64,000 nucleotides of DNA. Source: Verrucomicrobiota bacterium (lineage in GTDB: Bacteria; Verrucomicrobiota; Verrucomicrobiia; Limisphaerales; CANJSG01). Shown in pieces: positions 62,957 through 64,000 of this stretch. How positions within the stretch are numbered: the first letter of the stretch is position 1; each line of letters begins with the position of its first letter. The DNA lies in the NCBI GenBank assembly GCA_038209745.1, contig JBBQXJ010000015.1:1-64000 (forward strand). The letters run 5' to 3'. Under the pieces are notes generated by a model. The model saw only the letters and a program-made list of their open reading frames with translations, ran no database searches and was not told where the DNA came from. The translations under genes were made by a program, and so were the position numbers.

Positions 62957-63292
62957 ATGCTGAAACCCGGAGAACGCATCCACGTCATCCATCGCCGTTA
63001 TTTCGACAAGGACATCCGCCGCCACTTTTTGGCCGAGGTGGATGAATACGAGGACGGGGTCGTCCGGGCCTCCGGCTACGTTTTTGCGGTCGATGAAAGC
63101 CAGGGACACAACTTCGTCCGCCGGCCCGAAAAGCGCACCCGATTGATCTCCGTCCACGACGGCTCCCTCCTGGTGAACATCATCCCCTTGACCGTTCAAC
63201 TGGACAAAGTCGTCTACGAGCGGCACGCCGGCGGCCTCCGGGTGACCGACGGCACTTGGACGATGGAGATCAAGGAATTCGGCGTCGTCTGA
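62957..63292 (+). CDS. hypothetical protein (111 aa)
   Basis: GC3-rich ORF; HVIHRRYF..RRHF..EV, terminal IKEFG. Confidence 0.7.
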   Translation: MLKPGERIHVIHRRYFDKDIRRHFLAEVDEYEDGVVRASGYVFAVDESQGHNFVRRPEKRTRLISVHDGSLLVNIIPLTVQLDKVVYERHAGGLRVTDGTWTMEIKEFGVV

Positions 63293-63309
63293 GCCCGGGA
63301 TCCGACGGT

Positions 63310-64000
63310 TTGATTCCCCAGCCAGATCCTTCCCCCACCGAGGGGGGTCGACCGACGGTGCATTTCATCGTCAACGGCATCTATTGCAGCCACGTCTCGG
63401 GGGGCGACATCCACTGCTTCCAGCTCGCGCGCGGCCTGGCGGCCCGGGGGTGGAAAGTGGCGTGGTTCGGCGGGTCGGCGTTCAAAGGGCTTTTGGACAA
63501 GTTTGACCTGCCCAAGGACTTCACGCTCACGGATCGAGGCTCCATCCCCAAGGCGAACGAAGCCGAGATCTCCGGGCAGGCGGCGCTGTTCTGGGACTAC
63601 TTCAAACGGTTCGTCCGGATCATTCCGAGGCTGGGCCGCATCGGCCGCGGCGACATCGTCTACGCCGTCAGCGACTATTGGTTCGACGTCATTCCGGCCG
63701 TGCTCTCCAGGGCCCGGCGCAAGGTCATGGTGCTCCACATGGAATGCCCGACCTTTGGTGAAATCCTGCGCCGCAGCCGACCCGACGTTGCCGCCAACCG
63801 CCTCTCTTCGATCTACTACTGGCTCAGTCAAAACACGTCGCTGCGCCTGTTCCGATGGGTGAAGCGCAAGCGGATGGTCTACCTGCATCCCGCGATGAAG
63901 CCCCGCCTTCTGGGGCTCGGCTATCGCGAGGAGGAGCTGCACTTTGTCTCCTATGGGCTGGAAACGGCCGCCGCCGCCGCCGCCCAACCGGGCCCGAAGG
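63310..64000 (+). CDS. GT4-like glycosyltransferase, N-terminal part (runs off the window)
   Basis: open frame absent from the ORF track: VHFIVNGIYCSHVSGGDIHCFQLARGLAARGWKV..LLGLGYREEELHFVSYGLE; TTG 63310 or GTG 63358 start. Confidence 0.65.
   Translation, partial: MIPQPDPSPTEGGRPTVHFIVNGIYCSHVSGGDIHCFQLARGLAARGWKVAWFGGSAFKGLLDKFDLPKDFTLTDRGSIPKANEAEISGQAALFWDYFKRFVRIIPRLGRIGRGDIVYAVSDYWFDVIPAVLSRARRKVMVLHMECPTFGEILRRSRPDVAANRLSSIYYWLSQNTSLRLFRWVKRKRMVYLHPAMKPRLLGLGYREEELHFVSYGLETAAAAAAQPGPK

Noticed and set aside
62846..63226. N-terminal extension of the S41 ORF
   Set aside because: It overlaps the divergent 62957..63292 gene; the signal peptide starts at 62845.
63214..63987. 257-aa minus-strand ORF
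   Set aside because: Shadow of the plus-strand glycosyltransferase frame that runs off the window.

Overview
GC-rich bacterial chromosome segment. The gene content (DUF1080/TIGR03067 and ThuA-like proteins, GldA/F/G-DUF4340 ABC module, RpiB-GlyA fusion, C-terminal YYRL tail) suggests Verrucomicrobiota; this is an inference. Housekeeping genes include ilvD, glk, argS, hemW, a cold-shock gene, tRNA-Leu(CAG), pyrG, nusB and glyA. A decayed accessory zone at about 11-22 kb holds IS5 and IS1380 remnants, an SGNH-hydrolase pseudogene, and an AraC gene divergent from a large secreted protein with nested repeats. The most notable block (about 41.0-53.0 kb, minus strand) is a nitrogen-scavenging locus behind a sigma-54-type promoter: urtA-urtB-[MOSC/YiiM]-urtC-urtD-urtE-ureD-ureAB-ureC-ureF-ureG. 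A MOSC molybdoenzyme gene is translationally coupled inside the urea ABC transporter operon. The urease and its accessory proteins carry plant/fungal-type signatures, and ureE is absent from the window. Other unusual architectures are an LMW-PTP-RpiB-GlyA triple fusion, a GNAT-GNAT-cNMP protein, a REC-pseudoHPt-REC regulator, a degenerate S41 peptidase, and a HemN-like radical SAM gene paired with a chorismate-lyase-fold gene. All calls rest on motif recognition by eye; no database searches were run.
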